DNA of 64,000 bases from Nitrospinaceae bacterium (GTDB lineage Bacteria > Nitrospinota > Nitrospinia > Nitrospinales > Nitrospinaceae): contig OZ245011.1 of NCBI GenBank assembly GCA_965223665.1, forward strand, positions 159,179-223,178, given 5' to 3'. Under the pieces are notes generated by a model, which had not been told where the DNA came from, ran no database searches, and saw only the letters and a list, made by a program, of their open reading frames with translations. A program made the position numbers and the translations under genes. Within the stretch, counting starts at the first letter, position 1, and each line of letters starts with the position of its first letter. Positions 19,077 to 28,411 of this stretch are shown here, one piece after another.

Positions 19077-20822
19077 TTATACTGGCGTTTTGGTGGAATA
19101 CAACTCCCGAGCCAATTCAATATCCTGCGGAAAGTGTATTTCCAACCAACCTTTATGGATTTCTAAGTAATGTATATCAAAACCACGATCGACCATTTCT
19201 TGAAGTAGGTCTGTAAATCGAAACTTAGAAATATCCTCAGCCTCTTGGATTTTTCCGACATGATTTTTGACACAATCATCGTAAGTATTTAAAAACTGCT
19301 CAGCTCCCCTTGGAGAGAACTTTGCCAACCCAACAAATTCATGGGTTGAGATGCTTGAGTCAATTCTCTTGCCGATTTTAGCAACTGTATTTTGATAGTC
19401 AAAGTTTATGTTGCGACGGAGACGATTTTTTTTATTCTTGCTTACTACAAAATCCTGTAATTTTCCCGGAGTAGGCCCAAGGTATTGAATGGAATTGTCA
19501 ACGACAACTACAATATCTTCTTTACAAGCTAATAATTGGCTGAATATGTTTTCAGCGACTAACAAATCGGAATATAAAATCAGAAATCCATTTTGAAGCT
19601 TATTTTTAGCCGCTAAAATTGAATGAAGTTCGGTTCCTTTTTTGTAGTCAGTATGATGTATAAAGTTAACGCCTTCAGCACTCATTTTGCCGTTTTCATA
19701 TCCCGTAATTACATTGATATCAGTTAAAAAATTTGCGTTCAGTGCTTCAATTTGCCTTTTCAAAAGGGTTTTTCCTGAAATTTCAAGCATGGCTTTGGGT
19801 ATACTTCCAATAGCGGACTGAAGATCAGGGGCCGAACCTGCAGCTGGAATAATTACGGGTATATTTTTATTGGAAACATCCTGCTTATCTTTTTCTTTTA
19901 CATCCAGAAATCCAACTGCTTCAAAAATTTCCTTTACCGGGGTGCAAAATGGGTCTGCTTCGAAAGATCGTTGATTTAACAATATGGATCTTGTCGTATC
20001 CATCATGGCTTTATAAGCTGACCGTAAAAGATGGTTTGCATAAATAATAATTTGAAATCCTGATTTTTGTAATTCTGATTCCACAATGTTGTTATAAGTG
20101 GTAGGTACACAAACCAGAGGTTTTTTTACTCCCAATTCAGCTTGAAGGTCTTGATATTTTTGTGCGAACTCTAAAATTTCCCCAGGGTCTTTTGATTTTG
20201 AATGGATCATTATCCCATCTGCCCCTGCGGTTAAATATGCGCGAGCCCTTTGTAGAGCATCCTTTAATCCTGTTCCTGCAATCAGGCTTTCCAAACGGGC
20301 GATAATCATAAAGTCCGGTGTCATTTGAACCTCTTTGCCTCGACGAATTTTGTGCGCAAATACTTCCGGTTCTTGCAACGATTGATTGGTTCCAGCTTCT
20401 AAGCTATTTCTCTTAGGAAATACTTTGTCTTCAATAATGACAGCTGAAACTCCTGCACGTTCTAACTTTGAAACCGTATATTCAAAAATATTTGGATCTC
20501 CGCCCGTATCGCCATCAACAATCATGGGTTTCCGAGTGACCGCTAGAATTTCGTTGATCGTATGAAATCGGGAATCAAAACTAATAACTTCAATATCTGG
20601 GTGACCTTTGGAGGCTGAATCTGTCAAGCTGCTTTCCCAAATAGCATCAAATTCTCTAATTATAGTATCATTTTCAAAAGTTCCCTCAATTCGAGCACAA
20701 TCTGCAATAATACCGCTCAATCCATTGTGGGCTTCCATTACTCGAATAAGTTTTCCCTGGTTCAATAGTTTTCTTAACTGGTTGCGTCGGTTTTCGGGTA
20801 ATATTTTACTTAAAAGAGTCAT
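19077..20822 (-). CDS. Phosphoenolpyruvate mutase fused to a C-terminal nucleotidyltransferase (cytidylyltransferase-like) domain
   Basis: Residues 1-300 carry the PEP mutase motifs MEAHNGLSG, IVDGDTGGD, IIEDKVFPKRNS and IARLES. From about residue 320 there is an NTP-transferase fold (IPVIIPAAGS...IPKAMLEISGKTLL). Confidence 0.85.
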   Translation of the reverse strand: MTLLSKILPENRRNQLRKLLNQGKLIRVMEAHNGLSGIIADCARIEGTFENDTIIREFDAIWESSLTDSASKGHPDIEVISFDSRFHTINEILAVTRKPMIVDGDTGGDPNIFEYTVSKLERAGVSAVIIEDKVFPKRNSLEAGTNQSLQEPEVFAHKIRRGKEVQMTPDFMIIARLESLIAGTGLKDALQRARAYLTAGADGIMIHSKSKDPGEILEFAQKYQDLQAELGVKKPLVCVPTTYNNIVESELQKSGFQIIIYANHLLRSAYKAMMDTTRSILLNQRSFEADPFCTPVKEIFEAVGFLDVKEKDKQDVSNKNIPVIIPAAGSAPDLQSAIGSIPKAMLEISGKTLLKRQIEALNANFLTDINVITGYENGKMSAEGVNFIHHTDYKKGTELHSILAAKNKLQNGFLILYSDLLVAENIFSQLLACKEDIVVVVDNSIQYLGPTPGKLQDFVVSKNKKNRLRRNINFDYQNTVAKIGKRIDSSISTHEFVGLAKFSPRGAEQFLNTYDDCVKNHVGKIQEAEDISKFRFTDLLQEMVDRGFDIHYLEIHKGWLEIHFPQDIELARELYSTKTPV

Positions 20823-21114
20823 TTATTTTCGTCTCAAAAATTTCGTGATTTAGATATTCCCTAATCCATGAAGCTATATAAATTTCTTCGGTATCGTAAT
20901 TTTTAAAGGCTTCAATCAGAACTTTCATTTGGTTCAAAATTGGAAGTTTTTTATCTAAAAAAACTAATCCTTTTCCATTTAATTTGCAAAACCCACTTTT
21001 AATAGGGATATCTTCATTAGAAAGGTTAAAATATTGGATATCAATTCCTAATTTATCTGCCACCGATTTTAATTCTTCCCACCGCTGGTCATTATTATAG
21101 GTTTTGGCTAACAT
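20806..21114 (-). CDS. Hypothetical 102-aa protein, translationally overlapping the PEP mutase gene
   Basis: The ORF has an AAGGG SD-like element ~6 nt upstream. Its 3' end overlaps the next start by 17 nt. I recognise no family. Confidence 0.45.
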   Translation of the reverse strand: MLAKTYNNDQRWEELKSVADKLGIDIQYFNLSNEDIPIKSGFCKLNGKGLVFLDKKLPILNQMKVLIEAFKNYDTEEIYIASWIREYLNHEIFETKINDSFK

Positions 21115-21142
21115 AAATACCCTTTAAGCCATTGAAATTAAG

Positions 21143-22513
21143 TCAGTTAATAATTCTCATGATATCATTATAAAAAGCAAAAATCATTAGAGATATGAGC
21201 ATAAATAATCCAACTTGCGAAGCTCGTTCTCGATTTTTCTCGCTTACGGGACGGCCTTTTATCATTTCAATTAAAAAGAAGAAAATGTGACCACCATCTA
21301 AAATTGGAATGGGCAATAGATTTAATAACCCCAGGTTAATACTTAAAAGGGCGGTTAATCGAATGAGTTCGTTAAAGCCCTGTTTTGCCTGTTCACCATA
21401 TATTTGAAAAATCAGAATAGGGCCACCTATGCTTTCGGCGGAAATTGAACCGAATATCATTTTTTTTATGCTGGTAAAAATTAGATAGATTAATTTCCCA
21501 GTTTCAATAAATGAACGTTTAATTGCTCCAAAAAAACCATATTGCTCGAGAATCAGGTCTCCTGTAATGGCAATTCCTAACCAGCCCAACTCTATTTCTT
21601 TTCCGTTTTCATCTTGAATGATTTTAGATTCAGGAGTTACTTTGATTTCTAAATCTAGCCCATCTCTTTTGATTTGAACATTTAACTCTTTTCCCGCTTT
21701 GTCTTTGGTGGTTTCTTTAAGATCGGTCCAACTACGGATTTTTGTTCCATCAATGGAAACTAATTGATCTCCCTCTAATAATCCCGCTTTATGAGCTGCT
21801 GAGCCCTCTTTGACATAGCTTATATTATGAACCAAAGGGTTAATGCCAATCAGTCCCACCCTTTCTTTTTCTCCAAATAAATCAGGAACTTCTTCCGTGA
21901 CAGGAGTGATTCCTACTTCAAAAAGTTCTTTCTTATCCCTTTCAATTAAAAACTTTAGTTCTTTGTTTGGGGAATTGCGAACAATTTTCACTAGCCGATC
22001 CCAAAACTGAATTGGTTGGCCTTCGACTTCGACTATTCGATCACCTGATTTTAGTCCTGCTTCTAAGGCGGGAGAAGAATCTCTAACAGTTCCAATGGTG
22101 GTTCCTAAGGTAGAAACACCGTTCATATAAACTACAACATAAATTGCTATAGCAAATAATATGTTAAATAAGGGGCCCGCAAATGCGATAGCCAACCTAT
22201 GGAGGACAGGTGCAGTTGAAAAAGAACCTTTGCTATCTTCAAGTTCTTCGCCCGGGTCCTCTCCTTTCATTTTTACATAGCCTCCTAACGGAATGGAGGC
22301 AATTAAATATTCAGTGCCTGATTTTGTAAACCCTAAAAGTTTAGGGCCAAATCCCAGGGCAAATTTTTCGACTATGACTCCGCATTTTCTAGCAACCAAA
22401 AAATGCCCAAGTTCATGAACAAAAATTAAAGCTGCCAAACCACCAAGAAACACTACCATCTTAGTGCCAAATGCAAAAAAAGATTCTAATGAAAAAACTG
22501 CTGTTTCAATCAT
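21143..22513 (-). CDS. rseP: RIP metalloprotease RseP (site-2 protease, M50) with two PDZ domains
   Basis: It has HELGHFLVA near the N-terminus, two PDZ-like segments, and a C-terminal LNLLPIPILDGGH motif. Confidence 0.9.
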   Translation of the reverse strand: MIETAVFSLESFFAFGTKMVVFLGGLAALIFVHELGHFLVARKCGVIVEKFALGFGPKLLGFTKSGTEYLIASIPLGGYVKMKGEDPGEELEDSKGSFSTAPVLHRLAIAFAGPLFNILFAIAIYVVVYMNGVSTLGTTIGTVRDSSPALEAGLKSGDRIVEVEGQPIQFWDRLVKIVRNSPNKELKFLIERDKKELFEVGITPVTEEVPDLFGEKERVGLIGINPLVHNISYVKEGSAAHKAGLLEGDQLVSIDGTKIRSWTDLKETTKDKAGKELNVQIKRDGLDLEIKVTPESKIIQDENGKEIELGWLGIAITGDLILEQYGFFGAIKRSFIETGKLIYLIFTSIKKMIFGSISAESIGGPILIFQIYGEQAKQGFNELIRLTALLSINLGLLNLLPIPILDGGHIFFFLIEMIKGRPVSEKNRERASQVGLFMLISLMIFAFYNDIMRIIN

Positions 22514-22515
22514 AA

Positions 22516-23196
22516 TTAATTTGATTTTTTATCTGAAGAAGTAAAGTCAATCAACTCAACACCTGGCGGAACCTGGAAATGAAAAGTTTCATCAGGAGTG
22601 TCGGGATTGATCGTAATGTTTGTAAAGATCATTTCTGTTTGATTACCTAGTTTATCGTAAACTCGGGAGCCAATTATCTGATAACTACTATTGTCCGCAA
22701 ATATGGTCATCCGGTCAATATTATCATTGGATTCTTTAGGAATTAATTCGACACTTACGGAATCTTTATTTCGAGTTACTTTCCCAATATTAAACGTTTG
22801 GGTTAGTTTCCCTTTCCCTGCTAGAAACAGGGCGGGAGTATTTGAAGAATAAATGCTTCCAATTTGCATTTTAGTAACTTGGCTTTCTTCAGGCAAAAAA
22901 AGCCAAAGAGCTTTTGCATCACTAATTAGTATTTGCGGGTCCGGAGCAGTGTAATCCCATTTCATACGTCCAGGTTTTTTAATAATTACTTCACCTTTTG
23001 CAGTTTGAGTTTGGCCCATTACTTTTAAAAATGATTTTTGGATGAAATCAGCTTTAAATGTTTGGGTTTCGTCATACCGCTTTTGAATAGCATCAATTAT
23101 GTTTTGGGAATCATTGGCAAATGCAGTTTGAGACCAGAAATAAAAAATAAAAGCGGTTATCAAAAAACGATTTGTTTTGAGGGCGGCTGAAAACAT
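22516..23196 (-). CDS. lolA: Outer-membrane lipoprotein carrier LolA-like protein
   Basis: It has a signal peptide and then the pattern TFKADFIQKSF...KGEVIIKKPGRMKWDYTAPDPQILISDAKALWLFLPEESQV, which is typical of LolA. Confidence 0.75.
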   Translation of the reverse strand: MFSAALKTNRFLITAFIFYFWSQTAFANDSQNIIDAIQKRYDETQTFKADFIQKSFLKVMGQTQTAKGEVIIKKPGRMKWDYTAPDPQILISDAKALWLFLPEESQVTKMQIGSIYSSNTPALFLAGKGKLTQTFNIGKVTRNKDSVSVELIPKESNDNIDRMTIFADNSSYQIIGSRVYDKLGNQTEMIFTNITINPDTPDETFHFQVPPGVELIDFTSSDKKSN

Positions 23197-23207
23197 TTAT
23201 TTTCTTC

Positions 23208-23822
23208 TTATATTAAATTAACTTTTCTATTATTTATCTGTATTTTTTTTTCTGCGATTAATTTAATGGCCTCCGGATAGATTTTATGCTCCTGCTCCAA
23301 GATCCGTTTGGATAGTGATTCTTCATCATCATTGTCTAAGACAGGAACGACAGCTTGAAGTATGATAGGCCCAGAATCCACCTCTTCGTTCACATAGTGA
23401 ACGGTACAACCAGAAAATTTAACACCATAATCAATTGCTTTTTGTTGCACATTTAATCCCGGGAATGCTGGAAGTAGGGAAGGGTGAATATTTATAATTT
23501 TGTTTGGAAACGATTGTATGAATTCTTTCCCTAGAATTTTCATGTAACCTGCCAAGCAGATCAAGTCTACATTATGTTCTTTTAGTTCAGTGGCCAAAGC
23601 CAAATCATAATCAGATTTGGAGTTAAACTTCTTAGGGTCCAAAAAAATTGACTTTATTCCATGGCTCTTTGCTCTTTCCAAAGCAGGTGCATCCTTTTTG
23701 TTACTTAAAATGATTTCAATGGTTGCTGGAATGTTTCCCCGAGAAATTTGATCAATAATTGCTTGCAAATTGGTTCCCCGACCGGAAACCAGGACACCGA
23801 TTTTTAAATCATCCGAAGCCAT
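23208..23822 (-). CDS. purN: Phosphoribosylglycinamide formyltransferase
   Basis: It contains VLVSGRGTNLQAII, the INIHPSLLP motif and HYVNEEVDSGPII. Confidence 0.92.
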   Translation of the reverse strand: MASDDLKIGVLVSGRGTNLQAIIDQISRGNIPATIEIILSNKKDAPALERAKSHGIKSIFLDPKKFNSKSDYDLALATELKEHNVDLICLAGYMKILGKEFIQSFPNKIINIHPSLLPAFPGLNVQQKAIDYGVKFSGCTVHYVNEEVDSGPIILQAVVPVLDNDDEESLSKRILEQEHKIYPEAIKLIAEKKIQINNRKVNLI

Positions 23823-23893
23823 TATTGGTAAGATCTCAAAAAGTTTAGAGGCAAAGAAAAAATGTAAGTTTTAAAATATTCATAGTTGTATAC

Positions 23894-26119
23894 TTAAACA
23901 GCTACGGGTTGCAAAATGTCTGCCTGTATTTGTTTTAACAAGCCTATGTTTTGTGTATGGCCAGATTTATGGGCTTTTATATAACCTCGGATTGGTCTGC
24001 CAAGTAAGTAAAAGTCTCCCAATATGTCCAAAATTTTATGTCGAGCAAATTCGTTTTCATAACGCAATTTCGTATTTAAGACTTTTTGGTCTCCCAAAAG
24101 AATAAAGTTGTCAAGTTTACCCCCTGCGCCAAACCCCATTTTTGTTAACTGCGCAACTTCTTCGACAAATCCAAAAGTTCTAGCCGGAGCAATTTCTTCT
24201 TTAAATCCTTTAGAGTCAACAAACTCAAAGGTGTGATCCATAACTCCAATGGGTGCAGGATATTCCATATGGTACGACACTTTGAAACCATTATAGGGTT
24301 CAATGCTAATGGAAGGTCCCTTTTCATCCTCTGCTCCATAACTATAAGTTTTGTCAATTATTAATTCGTCCATAAGCTCGTCTTGTTCTTCAAATTCACC
24401 ATCTTCAATTAATTGACAAAAATCTTTTGCCGACCCATCCATCACTGGAGCTTCATCACTGATTTTAATAAGAAGATTTGAAATGCGATACATATGCAAG
24501 GTGGCCATTATATGTTCAATGGTTAGAACAGATGAATATCCTTTTTTCAGACAGGTTGCATAATCAGTAGATTGGACATTTTCTAAACGGGCGGGAATAG
24601 TATCTCCGCTAGAAATATCCCCGAATACAATTCCACTCCCTGGTGGCATAGGTTGCATAATTAAACCTGTTTTTATTCCAGAGTGCAGTCCATGGCCGCA
24701 AAGCACAACACTACGTTTAAGTGTTCTTTGGAATTGATGTTGAGGCGAACCACTTTTGGCAGCACTTAACGGAAGAACAATATTATGTTGCTGAAGTTTG
24801 GTTTTTAGTTTGTCGGTATCAGTTTTTAATGTTTTACTTGTTTCATCTAAATTCCATTTGTTTTTTCGAAGATGATGAATAATAAATTCACGCTCCCAGC
24901 TTCTTTCTGCATCTTGTAATGAGTCAAAGCTTTCAAATACCGACTTATCCCAATGTTGTTCCAGGTTGCGAATGGATTCGGGTAAGTCATGGAATCGAAT
25001 GGGATCCTTTGAAGGAACTTTAGATGAAAGTTGATCTAGAACTTTCCTTAATTCCTTTAAATTTTCTGGCCACTCATATCCCATTAACGCCTTAAGAGCT
25101 TCCTCAGAAATATCCCTTGGGCTGTGTCCGCTTTCTTCCGCCTGCTCCGCAAAGTATTTTTCCACTAGATTCGGAATGAGAGCTGAGTTTTCTCTTAGGG
25201 GAGAAATGGTTAATTGGTTCTTATTTAAAATCTGATATAGATCTTTATTAAATTTTCCTTTATCTACCAACTCCTGTAAATTTTGGGTTGTTGAAGCAAA
25301 AATTCGGTTAGGAAGTAGTTCTAAGTTTGTATTTCCTTCGGATCCTTTATATGCCAAAACTTCGGCTAATTTTTCTTGAAGTGTTTTATTTAGGCCTTCT
25401 ATATTTTTTAAATAAATTGATCTGGGGTTATAAGAAGGTTCAGAATTTTTATTATCCGTTTTTGATTTTCGATTAGTAATAAAAAGCTCAGATTGGACTG
25501 CAGATTTGGTTCGAATTGCACAATTTACCTTTACTAAGGGATATTGGGAATTTTTACTTGCATTATGGATAGCCTGAGCAATAAATTCTTTTGCTGTACC
25601 AATTTCTCCAGTAATTATCACAGGTTCGTTATTTTTAGAGGCATCATTTATTCCTCTTTTAACGTCTACCATGAGTTGGAAACAATGAGGAAGTTCTTGC
25701 TTTCCTAAAGACTTTTTGCCATTAGAATGAAATCTGGTTTTTTGAAGTTGGAGGGCTTTTTCTACAGATTGAACTAACTCATCTAATGAGAATGGTTTCT
25801 CAATAAAATCATATGCTCCCAACTTTGTGGCTTTGACGGCCGTATCTACTGTCCCATGACCAGACATAACAAGTACTTCTATTTCAGGGTGGTAGGTTTT
25901 AACGGTTTTCAAAACTTCAATGCCATCCATTCCAGGGATCCAAATATCAAGAAGAATTAATTCGGGTGGATCAGCCTGGATCATTTCCAGGGCAGTAATT
26001 CCATCTTCTGCAGTAGTGATTTCATAACCTTCATCTTTTAAAATATCCTGAAGAGAAGATACAATATTTTTTTCGTCGTCAACGATTAAAATTCTTTCTT
26101 TAGACAAGGAAACCTCCAA
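23894..26119 (-). CDS. lpxC: Fusion protein: response-regulator receiver, degenerate sigma54-type AAA+ domain, Fis-type HTH, and UDP-3-O-acyl-GlcNAc deacetylase (LpxC)
   Basis: The REC domain (aa 8-124) keeps DD14-15, D58, S86 and K108. The AAA-like domain (aa ~145-385) has GEIGTAK in place of GESGTGK, no GAFTGA, and IYLKNIEG in place of the Walker B DE. The HTH-like segment is EREFIIHHLRKNKWNLDETSKTL. The LpxC domain (aa ~463-741, nt 23894..24733) has GHGLHSG, TIEHIMATL, HKILDILGD and HKSGH. Confidence 0.9.
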   Translation of the reverse strand: MEVSLSKERILIVDDEKNIVSSLQDILKDEGYEITTAEDGITALEMIQADPPELILLDIWIPGMDGIEVLKTVKTYHPEIEVLVMSGHGTVDTAVKATKLGAYDFIEKPFSLDELVQSVEKALQLQKTRFHSNGKKSLGKQELPHCFQLMVDVKRGINDASKNNEPVIITGEIGTAKEFIAQAIHNASKNSQYPLVKVNCAIRTKSAVQSELFITNRKSKTDNKNSEPSYNPRSIYLKNIEGLNKTLQEKLAEVLAYKGSEGNTNLELLPNRIFASTTQNLQELVDKGKFNKDLYQILNKNQLTISPLRENSALIPNLVEKYFAEQAEESGHSPRDISEEALKALMGYEWPENLKELRKVLDQLSSKVPSKDPIRFHDLPESIRNLEQHWDKSVFESFDSLQDAERSWEREFIIHHLRKNKWNLDETSKTLKTDTDKLKTKLQQHNIVLPLSAAKSGSPQHQFQRTLKRSVVLCGHGLHSGIKTGLIMQPMPPGSGIVFGDISSGDTIPARLENVQSTDYATCLKKGYSSVLTIEHIMATLHMYRISNLLIKISDEAPVMDGSAKDFCQLIEDGEFEEQDELMDELIIDKTYSYGAEDEKGPSISIEPYNGFKVSYHMEYPAPIGVMDHTFEFVDSKGFKEEIAPARTFGFVEEVAQLTKMGFGAGGKLDNFILLGDQKVLNTKLRYENEFARHKILDILGDFYLLGRPIRGYIKAHKSGHTQNIGLLKQIQADILQPVAV

Positions 26120-26150
26120 GTTTGGGGAGTCATCATTGATGGGATTTAAG

Positions 26151-26828
26151 TCAACCGGCTGGCGCAGGTTCGACTAGATTTGAAAATACATATTCCTCGT
26201 GTTTTTGAAAATCAAAATAAAAAATGGATTTCCCAATTTTTAAAAAGTTTTTTTCATATTTAGTCTGAGGAATTCCATTCCTAACATGGGAAAACCCACT
26301 TTTTTTGTTAAGGTTCAACAAACTAGGCTCTTCTTCTAAATAAGATAACATTTCTGTTGCATAGGGTTCAAAATCAGTAGCAATTTTTAACGTGCCTCCT
26401 GGGGCAATCTTTTGGGCTAACACATTAATGAAGTCAGGTTTGATTAACCTACGCTTAATGTGTCTTTTCTTTGGCCACGGATCTGGGAAGTTAATAAAAA
26501 TTTCATCCAACTCACCATCTTTAAAAAGAACCGGTACTCGCTCCTTAGCATCCCCATAAATGATTCGTACGTTTGGAATTTGAAAACGATCTAACTTCAT
26601 AATCGTTTTGCGGATGCCCTTATGGTAAAAGTCAAGGCCTAAAAAGTTGCTATTCGGGTCACTAATAGCCATATCTAATAAAAATTTTCCATTACCAAAA
26701 CCAATTTCTAATTTTAAGGGTTTTTGGCATTTAAAATTCTCATCCCAATTTGGATAAACATCTGTATCTATAAAAAAGGGGTGACCGGACGCAATTTGTT
26801 CAAAAGGAATTAATGGCTTTGAGGACAT
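26151..26828 (-). CDS. trmB: tRNA (guanine46-N7)-methyltransferase
   Basis: It contains the LEIGFGNGKFLLDMA SAM-binding motif and INFPDPWPKKRH. Confidence 0.85.
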   Translation of the reverse strand: MSSKPLIPFEQIASGHPFFIDTDVYPNWDENFKCQKPLKLEIGFGNGKFLLDMAISDPNSNFLGLDFYHKGIRKTIMKLDRFQIPNVRIIYGDAKERVPVLFKDGELDEIFINFPDPWPKKRHIKRRLIKPDFINVLAQKIAPGGTLKIATDFEPYATEMLSYLEEEPSLLNLNKKSGFSHVRNGIPQTKYEKNFLKIGKSIFYFDFQKHEEYVFSNLVEPAPAG

Positions 26829-26854
26829 TAGTTTAAGTTAATTGGAGTTATTTT

Positions 26855-27322
26855 TTATTCATCATGTATTGTTTTTATTTGAATGACTTCATATTCCAAG
26901 CTTTCTCCACCAATGGAGAGAGAAATTTCGTCTCCTTCCATTTTACCTAAAAGAGATCGGCCAATAGGGGAAGCTAATGAAACTTTTCCATCCTCCGGTG
27001 AAACTTCTTCTGGAAAAACCAGGAAGTAAGTTTTTTCCTCACCTGAATTTGCATTCTTTAATACTAATGAACTACCAAGTCCTGAACGATCTTTTGGAAT
27101 CCGATCAATATTGATTGCCATAACATCACTAATTCGCTTTTGTAATTGAGAAATTCTTGCCTCTAAAAACATTTGCCTTTCCTTAGCGGCCTTATATTCA
27201 GCGTTTTCACTTAAGTCTCCCATTTCTGTTGCCGTTTTAAGAGCTTTGGGAATATCGATCTCAAGTTCATTTTTTGATTCCATTAAGGATTTTTCTAATT
27301 TATCAAGAATAGGTAATCTCAT
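26855..27322 (-). CDS. greA: Transcription elongation factor GreA
   Basis: It has the GDLSENAEYKAAKERQ coiled-coil tip motif and a C-terminal FKBP-like domain, at 155 aa. Confidence 0.9.
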   Translation of the reverse strand: MRLPILDKLEKSLMESKNELEIDIPKALKTATEMGDLSENAEYKAAKERQMFLEARISQLQKRISDVMAINIDRIPKDRSGLGSSLVLKNANSGEEKTYFLVFPEEVSPEDGKVSLASPIGRSLLGKMEGDEISLSIGGESLEYEVIQIKTIHDE

Positions 27323-27474
27323 AATCGATTTAATTTTTCTTCAGAAGGAAATTGGAAAATAAAAAATTGTAAAATAAGTAGTGACATTAAAGGAATGGAG
27401 CAATATAGGGGCTTCCCTTAAGCTTATAAAATAGCATAATTAGCAGGCAAAAAACTAGAGTTTCAATGATTGTT

Positions 27475-28038
27475 TTAAGGTGAATTGTTTAAGGTTTTAG
27501 GATTTCCTGGGCCTTTTTTATGGGGTTCAATAATCGATAGTCGGACTTTTGCGATCCCCTCGTTTGCTAATCCTAATATTTTGGCGGCTTTGTAACTAAG
27601 GTCTATAATCCGGTTTTTTACGAAAGGTCCGCGATCATTGATTCTAACCACAACTTCTTTACCGTTTTCCAGGTGGGTAACTCGGACTAAGGAATTAAAA
27701 GGAAGTGTTTTATGTGCAGCAGTTAAAGAGTACATATTAAAATGCTCTCTATTAGAAGTAAATTCTCCATGAAATCTTTTACCATACCAGGAAGCTATTC
27801 CTTCCTGGGAAAAACCCTTAGAGTCCTTCAGGGGATAGTAAACTACTCCCTTCACCCCATAGGGTTTAAAATACTTCGATAATTGCCCAGAATCTCTAAG
27901 TGCTTGTTGTTTTGCCATTTGGATAAACAGTAAGGACGAGGCTGAGCAGGTAAGTATTGCTGGACCAAATATAAATCCAGGTAGCAAAAATAACAAACTA
28001 AAAAAGAGTAGATACTTTATTTTATAGATTGGGACCAT
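27475..28038 (-). CDS. rlpA: Septal ring lytic transglycosylase RlpA family protein (DPBB domain)
   Basis: After a signal or anchor segment it reads [60 protein letters not shown]. Confidence 0.85.
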   Translation of the reverse strand: MVPIYKIKYLLFFSLLFLLPGFIFGPAILTCSASSLLFIQMAKQQALRDSGQLSKYFKPYGVKGVVYYPLKDSKGFSQEGIASWYGKRFHGEFTSNREHFNMYSLTAAHKTLPFNSLVRVTHLENGKEVVVRINDRGPFVKNRIIDLSYKAAKILGLANEGIAKVRLSIIEPHKKGPGNPKTLNNSP

Positions 28039-28411
28039 TATTTTCTAAGAATTAGTCTTTTTTTGAAAAAGATTGATTCGGCTATCCGATTCATTTACTT
28101 TTAGATTTTGTGGGTGATTATAATTACTAGCGACCTTTGCTCTTAAAACTTTAAAAATAAAAGGATTGTGGGAGGGGTAGTATTCCCAGAACTAATTGAA
28201 TCTAAAGGGCTAATTTGGCTTGTTTAAGGATTAGTAAAGTAAATTTTTTTATAAGCAGTTGGCAAGGATAAAATAATATCCCCAAGGAAAATCTCTTATA
28301 AATATTTGACTTTTAACGCTATACTGAAATTAGTCAGCTAATTTTTTAGAATCCAATATCTTTACGTCTTCTGATGGTTTACCTAGGAGAAGATTTATAA
28401 TTTGTTCCTAA

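Noticed and set aside
28257-28275. A TGGCAAGGATAAAATA sigma54-like element between rlpA and the HDOD gene
   Set aside because: It has the GG of the -24 box but no GC dinucleotide at the -12 position (AT instead), so it fails the core requirement.
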